From Gnetum montanum (lineage: Eukaryota > Plantae > Gnetophyta): a stretch of 64,000 bases of DNA. Below, piece by piece: positions 37,664 to 50,500 of this stretch. The notes beneath the pieces were generated by a model. The model saw only the letters and a list, made by a program, of their open reading frames with translations. It did no database searches and had not been told where the DNA came from. Within the stretch, counting starts at the first letter, position 1, and each line of letters opens with the position of its first letter. The stretch spans positions 814,615-878,614 of the forward strand of contig MNCI01000690.1 of NCBI GenBank assembly GCA_015680685.1, read 5' to 3'. A program made the position numbers and the translations under genes.

Positions 37664-39102
37664 TATACTATCCAAAATCATCGGTGTAAGGCTGGAGGAA
37701 AACGAACACCGAAAGATCTTCGGAGAGATATAGATGACCCTACCTTCGCATGAGGACAAGCTGGAAAAATGAAGGCAGAGTGCCTTGGATGGTCTGCACG
37801 CAGATCGACCAAGGACTTCCCCGAGCGTACGCTGTGGCCTACGCTGGGGTTATCGTCACGAAATGTAAAATGAAGAGCATAATGCAACGAAACGTAAACG
37901 TGAATATAACATGCAAACATAAACAGAATATGCAGAAACATGCAAGAAAATGGGATAACACAAATAATGAACCAGAACAGCATAATGGAAGGAAAAAATA
38001 AAACTGTATTGATTAACTAATAAAATGTGCACCGGTCAAAATGTAGTTGCAAGTCTGGATTGCAAGTCAGACGTTAAGCTCTGATGTGTGGTGTTTGCAG
38101 GTGCTGGGGATCACATGCATTCGGGCTTAGGATTGCTGGTTTCCTTTTCCAAATTTTTTCCAACCCCATTTATGTCAATGAACAGGGTATTTATACATTT
38201 TTCTAGGCTTGGGAGGAGGATTTTCAATTGAGGTCAATGGCTATGAGTTCCATGAAAAACGGATCGTGTGATAGATGTACATGGACAGACTACGTTCTAG
38301 ACCAGATGCACTATATTTTACAATCTATTCTAGCTTGTGCAAGCTAGCTTACACCCATGTATGGTTTGTATCATAAGAGCATGACTAGCTTTAAATATGT
38401 GAAAAATTTACAATGATTGATAGTGTTCAACAAGAGATCTTGATTCTGGCTCTCTTGGAACTTCTGAATCTGCGGACTAACTGCTGCTAGATATGTTTTT
38501 GTTTCACCAAGGTTTCTAGCATGCATTGATCTTGTCCTGGCATGTCCTTAGCATGTGTCAGAAGTTCTTTTGCTTAGTTGTAACCAGTGTGACCCTAGCG
38601 TGACCCCAGCATGACCTGGGCATGAGTAAACAAATCATGTGATTTTGAGCTTAATTTTCAAGGTTCTGGAGGCCGGGAGCTGCAATGAACATTAGTGAAG
38701 CTCGAGGGGAGTCCACATGCTCGAATTCAAACTGTTTGAACTTGGTTTCAGGGCTCTGAAAGTTGGTCATGCTGTACTCACGCTGTACTCATGCTGAGCA
38801 GTGTGACCTTAGCATGAGTAACAAGATTTGTGTAATTCTGACTTGAAATCTTGGGTTTTGGATGCTAAAACTTGGAGTAGTCATCAATGGGCCCTGAGGG
38901 GGCCTTGCCTATTCAAACTAGGATCATTTTGACCTGATTTGGAAGCTGTCAGGGTTGGTCACATTGAGGGCAAGCTAGCTTGACAACATGAGCAAGTTGG
39001 CTTGAGTTCCATTCCTTAGTCGAGTTTTTTCCTCTTGAATGCCGAAAGAGCTTGAGTAATTCTTATTTCAAAGTGTCTAAGTTGAAATTTTGTGGTGTTT
39101 CA
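37664..39102 (-). repeat. 3' LTR of element E
   Basis: Minus strand TGAAACACCACAAAA...GATAGTATA (CA mutated); homologous to LTR A. Confidence 0.85.
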
Positions 39103-40289
39103 TTGGCCCCTCTTTGTTGATGTCTAGAGGAATCCACCCAAGAGGCATCGACAAAGAAGTACAAAACACCATGAACAACCAAGTACCAAGCATTGTCTGT
39201 TGGCCCCTGGCCGGATGTCATCGCACCATGTTCAAAAGTACAAGGGATTGGGAAAATGAAGTTCAGGATGCAAGGGGATTGGTTGTAACCAGGAAAATCA
39301 AAAGATGATCAAGGGTTATGAGTGTTTGAACTGCAGGAGAGGAATTCTCTCATGTGAACGAGCCAGTTTGTGGTCCTTTTCAACAGCTAATGTATAGCAA
39401 ACTTGGAACCAAAGCATAGGAGGTGCATTCTTTGGAGAAACAGGACCCTTGTGTCATGTTTAATGGAGCTCACTGTAAATAGCCAAAGCCATGCAATGAT
39501 GTGCAACATGATCATTTGAGACATGAGTGTCTTCCCAAGACAATTGCCTTCCTGCCTGGGACTTGTGTGAGAAGAGCCAATGGTCTTTAGTCCATGATGT
39601 CCACGGGGTCATGAAGACCTTTTCTGTGCATTTTGCTCTTTGACCTTTTTGTTCTTTTCCTTTTCTTTTTGTCTCTTCTTATTTTTATTTTTTTTATTTT
39701 TTTGCTTTTCTTAGTCTTTTTGAAAGAGCTTGCATTTTTTGTTGTGCTCATGTTTGAGCACTGGCATTTTGCATCATGTACTGCGTTCTGTGCTTTGCGT
39801 TGCAACTGCTTAGAGGGTCACAGTGTGCAATAGTATATTAGGAGTTTTGAGCTTAGTGGAATGTACCAAGAGGGAGTAATTGAATAGGATAATTGGGACA
39901 TGATGGAGAAGTAGGAAGTGCATCAGGACTTGGAAATGTACTTATGAGCGAATTGATTAACCCAGTTGCGAGCATCAAGAAGAATGTGATGCCTTGTCAT
40001 CATGATGAAGTGCATCTATGCACGAACACCTCATGGATGTCATCCTGCAAACACAACATCAAGGGGACAAGAAAACCACACATGATTCAGTTAGCTAAAC
40101 ACTTTGAACTTGAATGTAGCCGATGGAATGAAGCCATCATGTGAAATTTTTAAGGAAAATAAAATCTTTGAATAGCATCAATTTTATGAAGGTCAATGTG
40201 ATGAATCAAGTGGCAGGTTTTTTGGTGAGCATGTACAGCCAACTGCAATAGCATGTCTTTTCAAATGACGTTAAGTTGTTGATGATGTC

Positions 40290-40596
40290 ACCAATTTGTA
40301 GTCTTGGTGGACTGTTGTGGATTAGTTTAACATCATAATCCTTTGGACATTGCCAGTTTATCGTCATAGTAGATGGTGCAATGCTAGTTTATAGTCATGG
40401 CAGACTATGAAGAAGCAAGCTAGTTTATAGTCTTAGCGAACTCTGGTGAACAAGCATGGCAGTTTAGTATCATATCAGATAGAGTTCTGTGGTTTCAGTT
40501 TATTTTCATGATGCTAGGACATTCTGTGGTGCTAGTTTTAAGTCATAGCTCCAGGACTATTCTGTGGTATCAATTTTAGGTCGTGATGCCAAGACC
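40290..40596 (-). repeat. 3' UTR TAAACTG-core tandem array of element E
   Basis: Reverse-complement homologue of 3053-3436. Confidence 0.75.
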
Positions 40597-40615
40597 GATA
40601 CATACCTTGAGCTCA

Positions 40616-41332
40616 TCAAACGTAGAATGGTTTTAGGTACACATGATTTGTAGGATTGGCGAACTCGTTTTTGTCCATTTCAGTGAGCTTGAATGCCCCG
40701 TTATCATATGCTTTGGTGACAAAGTAAGGCCCTTCCCAGTTAGCTGAGAATTTGTCCAAGTGTTCACAGACCGCCTTGAGAACTAGGTCACCTTCCTTTA
40801 TCGGCCACTTTTGTGGATCGTCTTGATGATGTCACTGTTGTTGTCTCTAGTACCATTTGATTTGATCAAGTTCTCGTGCCCTTTCTTCTTCCACCGAGTC
40901 AAGGTCAATAATGCGTAGCTCGTTGTTCTAACCTTCATCGACGAGACTAGAGAGCATTATCCGCAACGAGGGAACATGTAACTCAAAAGGTAAGACAACT
41001 TCAAATCCATATACAAGTCTATATGGAATCTTACCTGTGGACATTCGATGCATTGTTCGGTATGCCCATAACGCGTAGATTAACTTCTCATGCCATCGTC
41101 TCTTGCTTTGATTCAACATCTTTTTGAGCACCATGATGATCATTTTATTCATAGACTTCACTTGACCATTTCTCTATGGGTAATATGGTGACGAAAATGA
41201 GTGTTTAATACCCAGACTTTCACAGAAGTTTTTAGTATCTGTACTACTAAAATATAGCCCATTATCGGTGACTATGATCATCGGGATACCAAAGCGGGTC
41301 ACGATGTTTTCTAATATGAAATTGCAAACATG
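40616..41332 (-). pseudogene. pol: Integrase C-terminal half of element E pol
   Basis: ENIVTRFGIP..VTDNG, SSPYYP, WHEKLIYALWAYRT, EGPYFVTKAYDNGAFKL, YLKPFYV*. Confidence 0.88.
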
Positions 41333-42874
41333 TGTAACGACGGAAAACGTCGGCAGCTGGAAATACCGACCGAGATTCCGCGTACACAGTTTTTACCACG
41401 GATCCGCGCGAGGGCTAAGCTGGAAAACGAATCCGCGGTGCCCTGAACGGTCTTGTCGATCAGACAGGGACTTACGGGTCAGTAAAACAATGATAACTGT
41501 AGATCGACCGCAAAAACGGTGGGATGACGATGTGTGTGGACCACCACGAAGATAACGCCGAAGTGCCGAAAAGATGCAAATCGGGAGCAGAAAATCGTGC
41601 AATTTACGAAGATCAAAGATCTATGTTCCAACGCCAAATGGAATATGTGATTGGATGTATACAATGTTACAATGGGAGGAAATTCCCAACAAATTGAGTA
41701 CAAAGATGAAGCACAAAACAGCAAGAAAACTGTCTGGACAGAAAACCGGATCTACCTTTTGGACCAAGGCCTAGATGCAGAAATGGTCAAGCAATTTCTG
41801 TTCCGCTTCTCAGCTTCAGATAGATCTGCTGCTAGGAGCTCGTGCGTGCTGTGTTCTGTTGCTGCTGAAGAATGATGTCTGCGGCCAAGAGGTTGCTCTT
41901 GTTTCTCTGTTTCAGGGCGATAAGTTTCCCTTGCCTAGAAAATGCTCTTGTCCTCTTGGTCTCTGTCAAAGTGCTAAGCGCCCTGCTAACTGCTGGTTCC
42001 TTCTTTTTTTTCAAAAAGTCCTGTCTCCTGTATATTTGTCAAAAGCCCATCCCCTGTATGTTTGTCAGTCGGAGTATTTATAGACCACGACACGCGCAAC
42101 CCTGATGATGTGGGCCCGAATGTCGCGGATCCTGTTGGCGCGATTCTTTTAAGTCGAACTGCGACTATGCACAACATGCTCATTGAACTGCGACTACGCA
42201 CAACACGCTCGTTTGCGTGCTATGCGTGTAAAGAGCGGGCCCATGGGCGTGTGTCAGTTGTGTTTGCGCTCATTCGCTTTGTGTTGCATGTATGAACGTA
42301 CTGACGTCAAAATGATAAGTTCAAGATTGTGTGCGTGGCAAAGCGTAAATGTAACGTACGCTCACTACGCAGCCATGCGTGGTGAAGCGTAAACCCAGTT
42401 TTAACTTACTCTTACCACGCAGCGGCGCATGGTGGAGCGTAAGGAGCGTGCAACTTTGAATCATGACCCACGCACTGGTACGCACCGCTGCGTAACGAGC
42501 GTAAAGGCCACTTATGTTATGCGCCGCAAGAAAAAGTGCCAAGTCGTCGTACCTTTCTGGATTTTTGCCTTCAACTGCTTTGGAGCTTATTACGCTCATC
42601 ACGCTGCCGTGCGTGATAGAGCGTAAACTTGTCCTTAGCCAAATTCGCCTTTGGCTGTCTCGGAGCTTATTACGCTCATCACGCTGCCGTGCGTGATAGA
42701 GCGTAAACTCGTCCTTAGCCAAATTCGTCATTAGCTGTCTTGGAGCCTGTTACGCTCATCACGCTGCCGTGCGTGATAGAGCGTAAACTCGTCCTTAGCC
42801 AAATTCGAGGCGCGTTCTTTGCTTAAATTACGAATCTTCGCCTGAGGCCGACCCGTAATTTTCACGGTGTTTCA
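41333..42874 (-). repeat. 3' LTR of element F
   Basis: Minus strand TGAAACACCG...GTCGTTACA; TATA (CTATAAATAC) at ~42074-42083. Confidence 0.93.
42590..42808. repeat. 80-bp tandem repeat (3 units) with an internal palindrome in LTR F; also at 57302-57520
   Basis: Units start at 42590, 42670 and 42750. Each contains TTACGCTC-ATCACGC-tgccgt-GCGTGAT-a-GAGCGTAA. Confidence 0.9.
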
Positions 42875-44406
42875 ATGGCCCCTCTTTGTTGACGGTTAGA
42901 GGGCTTACCCGAAAAACGCCGACAAAGAATGCGAAACACCGGATTGGTAGAAGCAAGAACAACGTGCATCCATGACTACTCGGATGTGGCTCTGTTTTCG
43001 TAAGAGGAAAGTTGGTGAGTATGAGAAGAAACATGGAACTGGAAACAGGCTCGGGGAAGATGCAAGCGGTGTATTTATTTATGTTAACAGGAATGCTTTC
43101 AGACGAGCGTTGCGCGTCAATCTGAGATATCTCTGTTACAAATTGTAGCAGGAATGCGTACAGAAGGAGCATTACGCATCACTTTCTGCGATGTCTCTGC
43201 TTGCGTGGGTGCGGAAAACGAAGATTGGCGTATGTGAATGCTGCGTATGGGTGGTGGGGAAGAAGGAAACAAGGATCAAGGGTAGACGCATGTCGGAAAG
43301 AAATGTGCAAAGCTGAATGGGTGGGCAAACCTGGGCAGCCATTTCAGCACGTTGTCGTACTTCGCCGCTCAGATGGACGCACCCTTGAATGACATCCTCC
43401 AAGTTAAGCAGCCTGCAACCACAAAAGAAAATAGGGGACGCCATTGCTTATGGACAAAAGACGGGGTTTCTTGGAGCCCACGCTGTCTGGTGTTAACCTG
43501 AGCTGATGTACTGGAACTGCTGAGTCGAAGCACTTGGGCGGAGCCGTCAATCCTGATGATTCGGCACTGCATATCTGCGCCAAATGGCATCAGATACGGT
43601 GCAGCTCATTGGTTGCATCGGGAGCCGGCCAGATGTATTTGGGAAGCCGACGTCCGATAGCGATGATTGGCGGAGACTCCTGGGGCCATGACCAACGAGG
43701 ATTTCGTTGGGGCTCCCGCTAACGAAGCTAAACTCCCAGAGCTGCTTCTGCCTCGACGGACGCGGTGGCGGCATCTCCGAGGGATCAGTAAGATGCCTCT
43801 GTGCCTGTCCGAGGAATCAGTAAGATGCCGGNNNNNNNNNNNNNNNNNNNNNNNNNNNNNNNNNNNNNNNNNNNNNNNNNNNNNNNNNNNNNNNNNNNNN
43901 NNNNNNNNNNNNNNNNNNNNNNNNNNNNNNNNNNNNNNNNNNNNNNNNNNNNNNNNNNNNNNNNNNNNNNNNNNNNNNNNNNNNNNNNNNNNNNNNNNNN
44001 NNNNNNNNNNNNNNNNNNNNNNNNNNNNNNNNNNNNNNNNNNNNNNNNNNNNNNNNNNNNNNNNNNNNNNNNNNNNNNNNNNNNNNNNNNNNNNNNNNNN
44101 NNNNNNNNNNNNNNNNNNNNNNNNNNNNNNNNNNNNNNNNNNNNNNNNNNNNNNNNNNNNNNNNNNNNNNNNNNNNNNNNNNNNNNNNNNNNNNNNNNNN
44201 NNNNNNNNNNNNNNNNNNNNNNNNNNNNNNNNNNNNNNNNNNNNNNNNNNNNNNNNNNNNNNNNNNNNNNNNNNNNNNNNNNNNNNNNNNNNNNNNNNNN
44301 NNNNNNNNNNNNNNNNNNNNNNNNNNNNNNNNNNNNNNNNNNNNNNNNNNNNNNNNNNNNNNNNNNNNNNNNNNNNNNNNNNNNNNNNNNNNNNNNNNNN
44401 NNNNNA

Positions 44407-47200
44407 TAAAATGGCAAACCTGTTGAGATGTGATTTTCCGCAGGGGAACAGCTTCTACCCACTTCGTAAAGTACTCGGTGGCGGTAATGATGAAGCTATG
44501 TCCTGCGGAAGATTTTGGCGTGATGGGTCCGATAATGTCTAGTCCCCATCGTTGGAATGGCCAGGTTATCTGCGTCGTGTGCAACTCTGTGGGTGGCACG
44601 TGGATGAGATTTGCATGACGCTGACACGTGTCACAGGTCTTAACCTTTGTCAAGCAATCTCTTTCCATGCGTGGCCAGTAGTACCCTAAGCGACGGATTT
44701 TTAGGGCCATAGCCCGTGGTGCTACGTGGCCACCGCACAGTCCCTCGTGAACCTCATTGACGATGTACTGTGCTTGGTCTGCGTTAACGCAGGTGAGCAA
44801 TACGCCATCAAAGGAGCGCCTGCAGAGAGTGCTATCCCCGATGATGACGTAGTGCCTAACGCGTTTACGGGTTGCGTCTTTTTGCGCGCGTGTTAAAACA
44901 GCTGGTAACTCACCCTGTAAAAGATAAGATTTGATATGATCGTACCATTCAGGCGTGCTTTCTTCGGTAAGAGAGGAGATTTGCGCCGTCTGAATGATAG
45001 GGTCGGTGCAGTCGGTAATCAATGTGGGGCAGGTGTTAAGCAAGTGTGACGGCACGTGTAAAGCCAGGGTGGCCAGTGCGTCGGCCAGCGTGTTGTCAGT
45101 CCGTGGGACGTGCTGGGCGTCGAAGGTCGTAAATCGCCTCAGGAGATCTTTAGCCTGATTACAATAGGGCTGCAAATGTACCGCTTTGCAGGCGTAGACT
45201 CCAGTGATTTGATTTATGACGAGCATCGAGTCGCCCCTAATTGCCAGGTGTTGAACATCGAGTTCGCCTGCAATTAAAAGTCCCCTGAGGAGCCCCTCGT
45301 ACTCTGCCACGTTGTTCGTACAAGGGAAGGTCAATCGATAAGCGTGTAGACGCACATCCTCAGGCGATAGCGTAAGAACAGTGGCCGCACTGCCACCTCT
45401 CGCGGTTGAAGCTCCATCGAAATACAATGTTGCTTCGAGGCCTGCCGAAACAGGGCTTAAACTATGTACATGCTCGTCAGGAAACTCTGGTTCTACAGTG
45501 GCATGGTTATCAATCGGCGAGGTGGTTAACTGGTCGGCTATCGCTTGACCCTTCATAGACGACTGGCCAATATAGTGGAGGTCAAACTCCGCAGTGATAG
45601 CCTTCCAGCGAGCTATTTTGCTACTTTCATGTAAACTATGTGTAATTGCTCTAAGTATGTTGTTTTTACAAATTACGTTAACCTGGCTACGAAAAAGATA
45701 ATGTCTACATTTCTTGAGCGTAAAAACTAACGCTAAGCAGTTACGCTCGACATCATTATACCTTGTCTCGTACGCACATAGAGCGTGACTCAGATAGTAG
45801 ATGGGCATCTCTGATCCATCATCTCTTCTCTGACAGAGCAACGCCGCTATGGCAACGTCCGAAGTGGCAAGGTAGATGAAGAAAGGTAGGTCCCTTTGTG
45901 GTGGGAAAACCGTCGGTAAATGCTGCAGTTCCTGTTTCAGACTGTCAAACGCATGTTGGCAATTGTCGGTCCATTCAAAATTAACCCCCTTTTTCAGCAG
46001 GTGCTGCATGGGATGTAATTTGTCGGTTAATCTTGAAATGAACCTGCGTATAAATTGCAGCCGTCCTTGTAACCCTCGGAGTTGCGTGAGGTCTGTGGGA
46101 GGCTGTAACGCGACAATGGCTTGGACCTTATCAGGGTCAACTCGTATGCCGGTTTCAGATACCACAAACCCTAGCATGCGTCCGGTTTTGACTCCGAACA
46201 CGCACTTCTTTGGGTTAAGCCGGAGCTCGTGCGTGACGCACCTTTTAAGGACTAACTCCAGGTCCTCTGAATGATCTTCCGACTTCAAAGACTTTACAGC
46301 TATGTCGTCTACATAATCATTCAGCCTCCCTAGGAGATAGTCACTAAAGATGTACGTCATGGCTCGCTGATACGTTGCTCCGGCGTTCTTCAGACCGAAA
46401 GGCATCATGGTGTAGCAAAATGTTCCCCAGGGTGTCATAAAGGTTGTTGTCAACTGATGTTCTGGGTTAATGCGAATCTGGTTATAGCCTGAAAAGCCAT
46501 CCATGAAGGACAGAAGCGCATGCCCAGCTGTTGTATCCACCAGCTGGTCGATACTCGGCAATGGGAAATTATCCTTAATTGTGGCTTTGTTCAAATCCCG
46601 GAAGTCTATGCATATACGTATGCCGCCGGTCTTCTTTGACACAACCACAATGTTTGATACCCAGTCGGAGTAATCAACCGCGCGTATGAAACCAGCCCGA
46701 TATAGCTTAGTGATTTCATCACGCACTGCTAGTGCGATCTCTGGCTTGACTTTGCGTGCCTTTTGCCTGACTGCCTTGATCTGGGGGTCGAGGATGATAT
46801 TATGTTGGACTAGTCTAGGATCTAATCCAGGCATATCCTCATACGACCACGCAAAGACAGTAACATTGCCTTGGAGGACCTGCATGATTGCGTTGCGCGC
46901 TTTCTCGTCTAGTAAGGAACTGACTTTGAGCGTGTTGGTCTCACCCCTGTGCGTAACGATAGGGACCTCACAAAGGGGGTCCTCAGTTATGTCCCCGGAC
47001 TCCAGGTCTAGCGTGCGCGTCGACTGTTCTGGCCATTCTGGGGATATTTCTGACGCCGCTACAGTTACGCCAGCTAAAGGGGGGTTAATGTCGAGAAGTG
47101 TAGAATCAATTGGCCTAATTATGTGCCCGTATGGGCCTGTCAGATCTAAAGGTGTTAAGAATGCAGCATCCATCCTGCGTCTGTCCTGCAAAACCGGCAA
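44407..47200 (-). CDS. pol: Pol polyprotein of element F: RT, degenerate RNase H, archaeal-type RNase H, integrase (C-terminus in N gap 43832-44406)
   Basis: Uninterrupted frame: RICIDFRDLNK, SFMDGFSGYNQI, MPFGLKNAGATYQR, DYVDDIAVKS; RH IYLATSDVAIAALL; aRH LYFDGAS..CTNNVAEYEGLL..GDSMLVINQ..NTLADALA; INT HEGLCGGH..CDTC, WGLDIIG. Confidence 0.95.
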
Positions 47201-47423
47201 GTGCGTAAGTGGTTAAGAGACAGATGACGATATGTTGCCAGACGTGGCATGCTACAAGAAGATGTGTAATCAATGCAACCCGATTACGAGGCGAGAAGAT
47301 AGAGTAGTTTAACGTCATTTCGGACAGACGAGCGTGCGATATCCGCCGCATTAATGCCAGATTTTCGGATTCCGTTCCAGGAAAGTTCCGCTTAAATCTG
47401 GAGTTAAGTCGGCAATTTTCGCG

Positions 47424-47431
47424 TATAAATA
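47424..47431 (+). promoter_or_regulatory. Putative TATA box of the antisense accessory gene of element F
   Basis: TATAAATA about 170 bp upstream of the ATG at 47599, followed by a GA-rich leader. Confidence 0.55.
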
Positions 47432-47598
47432 GGCGGTTTTAGATGAATGCTGGTTGCTGACCATCTGGATTTGTAAGCAAGAGCAAAGCAGAGCAGAAGA
47501 AGAGAAGAGACGCGAGCTAGGAAGAGCGGAAAAAGGAAGAACTGTAGGTTTTCCTGCTATTCGTAAGCAAGCTGTAAAGAAATCCTATCAGTAGCGTA

Positions 47599-50500
47599 AT
47601 GGCGCCCAAGGTGAAGAAGCAGAACCCCAAGCTGGCAAAACTTGACGAGATGCAGGCGAATCTGAACCGCGTTTCGCAGGCACTGATCAACGTCTGCGAC
47701 CCGACGCCACTCAACTGGTAGACTCTCCTTTACGCTTGTCTATATCCGTCGTTTTATTGGCCTAAATGGTCTTAGCGTAATGCGTATTTTGAATCATCGA
47801 CCTCGGCTTTATGTGAGGGTTTGTGTGAGGTTGCGTCCATTGCCATTGTCAGGGACAAACCTTGCGTTGTTACAAGGGTTTGAGCAATTTCAGCATGGTT
47901 AAGTTTTTGCAATTTGTTTATTTCTGTTAAATGTAAAGCCATACCCGCAAGTGTATTGACGCGTCTGGGTCGTTTTCTACAGCATCGCGCTAAAACCCAC
48001 CCTGCTTGTGTTGGACATCATGGGGGTTGTGTGTTGGTTAAACCCCATAGTGCCAAATGTCCCTCCTCCGCACACAAGGGTGCAGGGGAAGGCCATCTGG
48101 TACCGAAAGGGGGCGTTGGAATTTCTGCAGTTCCTGCTGCGTAATTTCAGCATCATCATCTGGTCGAACGTGACCGGAGATGTTGCTGGTGCCGTTCTGG
48201 AGCACCTGTTGCCAGGGTGTTCGCAGGGGATTCTGGCCTACCTGACAGATGGGGCGGTTGAGACGGGCAATCCCGAGGACCGAACTCTCAGCTCTCGGGG
48301 TCTGAGGAACTTGCGATGGATCTGGGACATGGAGCGTTTCAACTGCTACCACGAATACAATACGCTATTCGTGGCCCGCCATGTGTCGACATATTTCCAA
48401 AACCCGCAAGGCACAGTATTTTACGCAGGTGGGTAAGTAGATCTGGATAACTATGCCTAATGTTATAATGTATAAAGGTCTAACTGTATAATGTGGCTAA
48501 ATTTACGCTGTATTTGACAGNNNNNNNNNNNNNNNNNNNNNNNNNNNNNNNNNNNNNNNNNNNNNNNNNNNNNNNNNNNNNNNNNNNNNNNNNNNNNNNN
48601 NNNNNNNNNNNNNNNNNNNNNNNNNNNNNNNNNNNNNNNNNNNNNNNNNNNNNNNNNNNNNNNNNNNNNNNNNNNNNNNNNNNNNNNNNNNNNNNNNNNN
48701 NNNNNNNNNNNNNNNNNNNNNNNNNNNNNNNNNNNNNNNNNNNNNNNNNNNNNNNNNNNNNNNNNNNNNNNNNNNNNNNNNNNNNNNNNNNNNNNNNNNN
48801 NNNNNNNNNNNNNNNNNNNNNNNNNNNNNNNNNNNNNNNNNNNNNNNNNNNNNNNNNNNNNNNNNNNNNNNNNNNNNNNNNNNNNNNNNNNNNNNNNNNN
48901 NNNNNNNNNNNNNNNNNNNNNNNNNNNNNNNNNNNNNNNNNNNNNNNNNNNNNNNNNNNNNNNNNNNNNNNNNNNNNNNNNNNNNNNNNNNNNNNNNNNN
49001 NNNNNNNNNNNNNNNNNNNNNNNNNNNNNNNNNNNNNNNNNNNNNNNNNNNNNNNNNNNNNNNNNNNNNNNNNNNNNNNNNNNNNNNNNNNNNNNNNNNN
49101 NNNNNNNNNNNNNNNNNNNNNNNNNNNNNNNNNNNNNNNNNNNNNNNNNNNNNNNNNNNNNNNNNNNNNNNNNNNNNNNNNNNNNNNNNNNNNNNNNNNN
49201 NNNNNNNNNNNNNNNNNNNNNNNNNNNNNNNNNNNNNNNNNNNNNNNNNNNNNNNNNNNNNNNNNNNNNNNNNNNNNNNNNNNNNNNNNNNNNNNNNNNN
49301 NNNNNNNNNNNNNNNNNNNNNNNNNNNNNNNNNNNNNNNNNNNNNNNNNNNNNNNNNNNNNNNNNNNNNNNNNNNNNNNNNNNNNNNNNNNNNNNNNNNN
49401 NNNNNNNNNNNNNNNNNNNNNNNGCCATCCTCCGGCGGTTTGCTGAGTACCTGGTGGTCCAGAGGAACGGGGTCTGGGTGCTACAAGACCGAGACCAACT
49501 GTCGAAGCCCTGGATTGCCCACATCCTCAACACTACTCGTGGGCAGGATCCGCCGGAGGGGATCGGAGAGTCAATGTCCGTGACAACGAAAGGCATGACG
49601 GCACCCCGGGTGCGAGGACTTGACAGTGTAGGTGGGATAATGCCCACTTACACCGGCGACGCTTCGCGGGGAAAGCGCCTGGCTGAGGAAATTGTGGAGC
49701 CTGCAGCTCGGCGGAAAAGGCTCCGCGTCGTCGATGCTCCTGGAGGCGAGGCCGGCCACACTGTGGGGCTTACGGTGCAGCGGACTAAGCCTCCGCCTGG
49801 TAAGTGTCCAATGTGTATACGCAACGCCTTATTTTGTCTAGTATAAGTCATGGTCTAATGTACAGAATGTTCACAGCGAAAAAGACAAGTGGACTGACCC
49901 CTGCGACAGGGGCAGTAGTTTTAAGGAGTGGGGCAGGGGCCCCAGCGTCAGCAGTAGAGACCCCACCTGTGAAGACGCGCCACACGCAGGCGTCAACGCG
50001 TGGGGCGGCCCCAGCTACGAGCGGGGGCCGTGTACAGACTGGGGAGGCGGCCCCTGCTACAGGAGGAAGAGACGCACAAACCCCGGTGCGTGAAACTGCA
50101 AGACGTCAGGAAGATGCTGGTGACGTTGCCACTGTCACCGGCAGAGGTAAGGCAATGTATGGTTTTAATGGTCTACGAATGTCTATGATACAATACTAAC
50201 GCAGTTATGGTACAGGGGAAGGGGACGCCTCCACGTCAGCTGCTGCTAACGAAGAATGGAGGGATCTCCCGGACAAGTTTGCCCTCGTGGAGGGCGTGCT
50301 TAAGGAAATGATCGAGCGTCTTGAACGCACCGATCCTGGTACCGGTAAGTAGACCAAAGCGTGTATGTGATGTTTCATTGTGAAGCTGTCATCTGTGTTA
50401 ATGTCTCATTTTTTCTTTAGGAGCTCACCTCCGATGGGACCCCGCAGAGCCCATTGACTTGGGCACAGCAGAGCCTCCATCTGACGGGGCGGTCGTGCCG

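Noticed and set aside
41268-43774. Many short overlapping ORFs in the LTR and 3' UTR of element F
   Set aside because: No recognisable motifs and no conservation in other elements; expected in GC-rich non-coding sequence.
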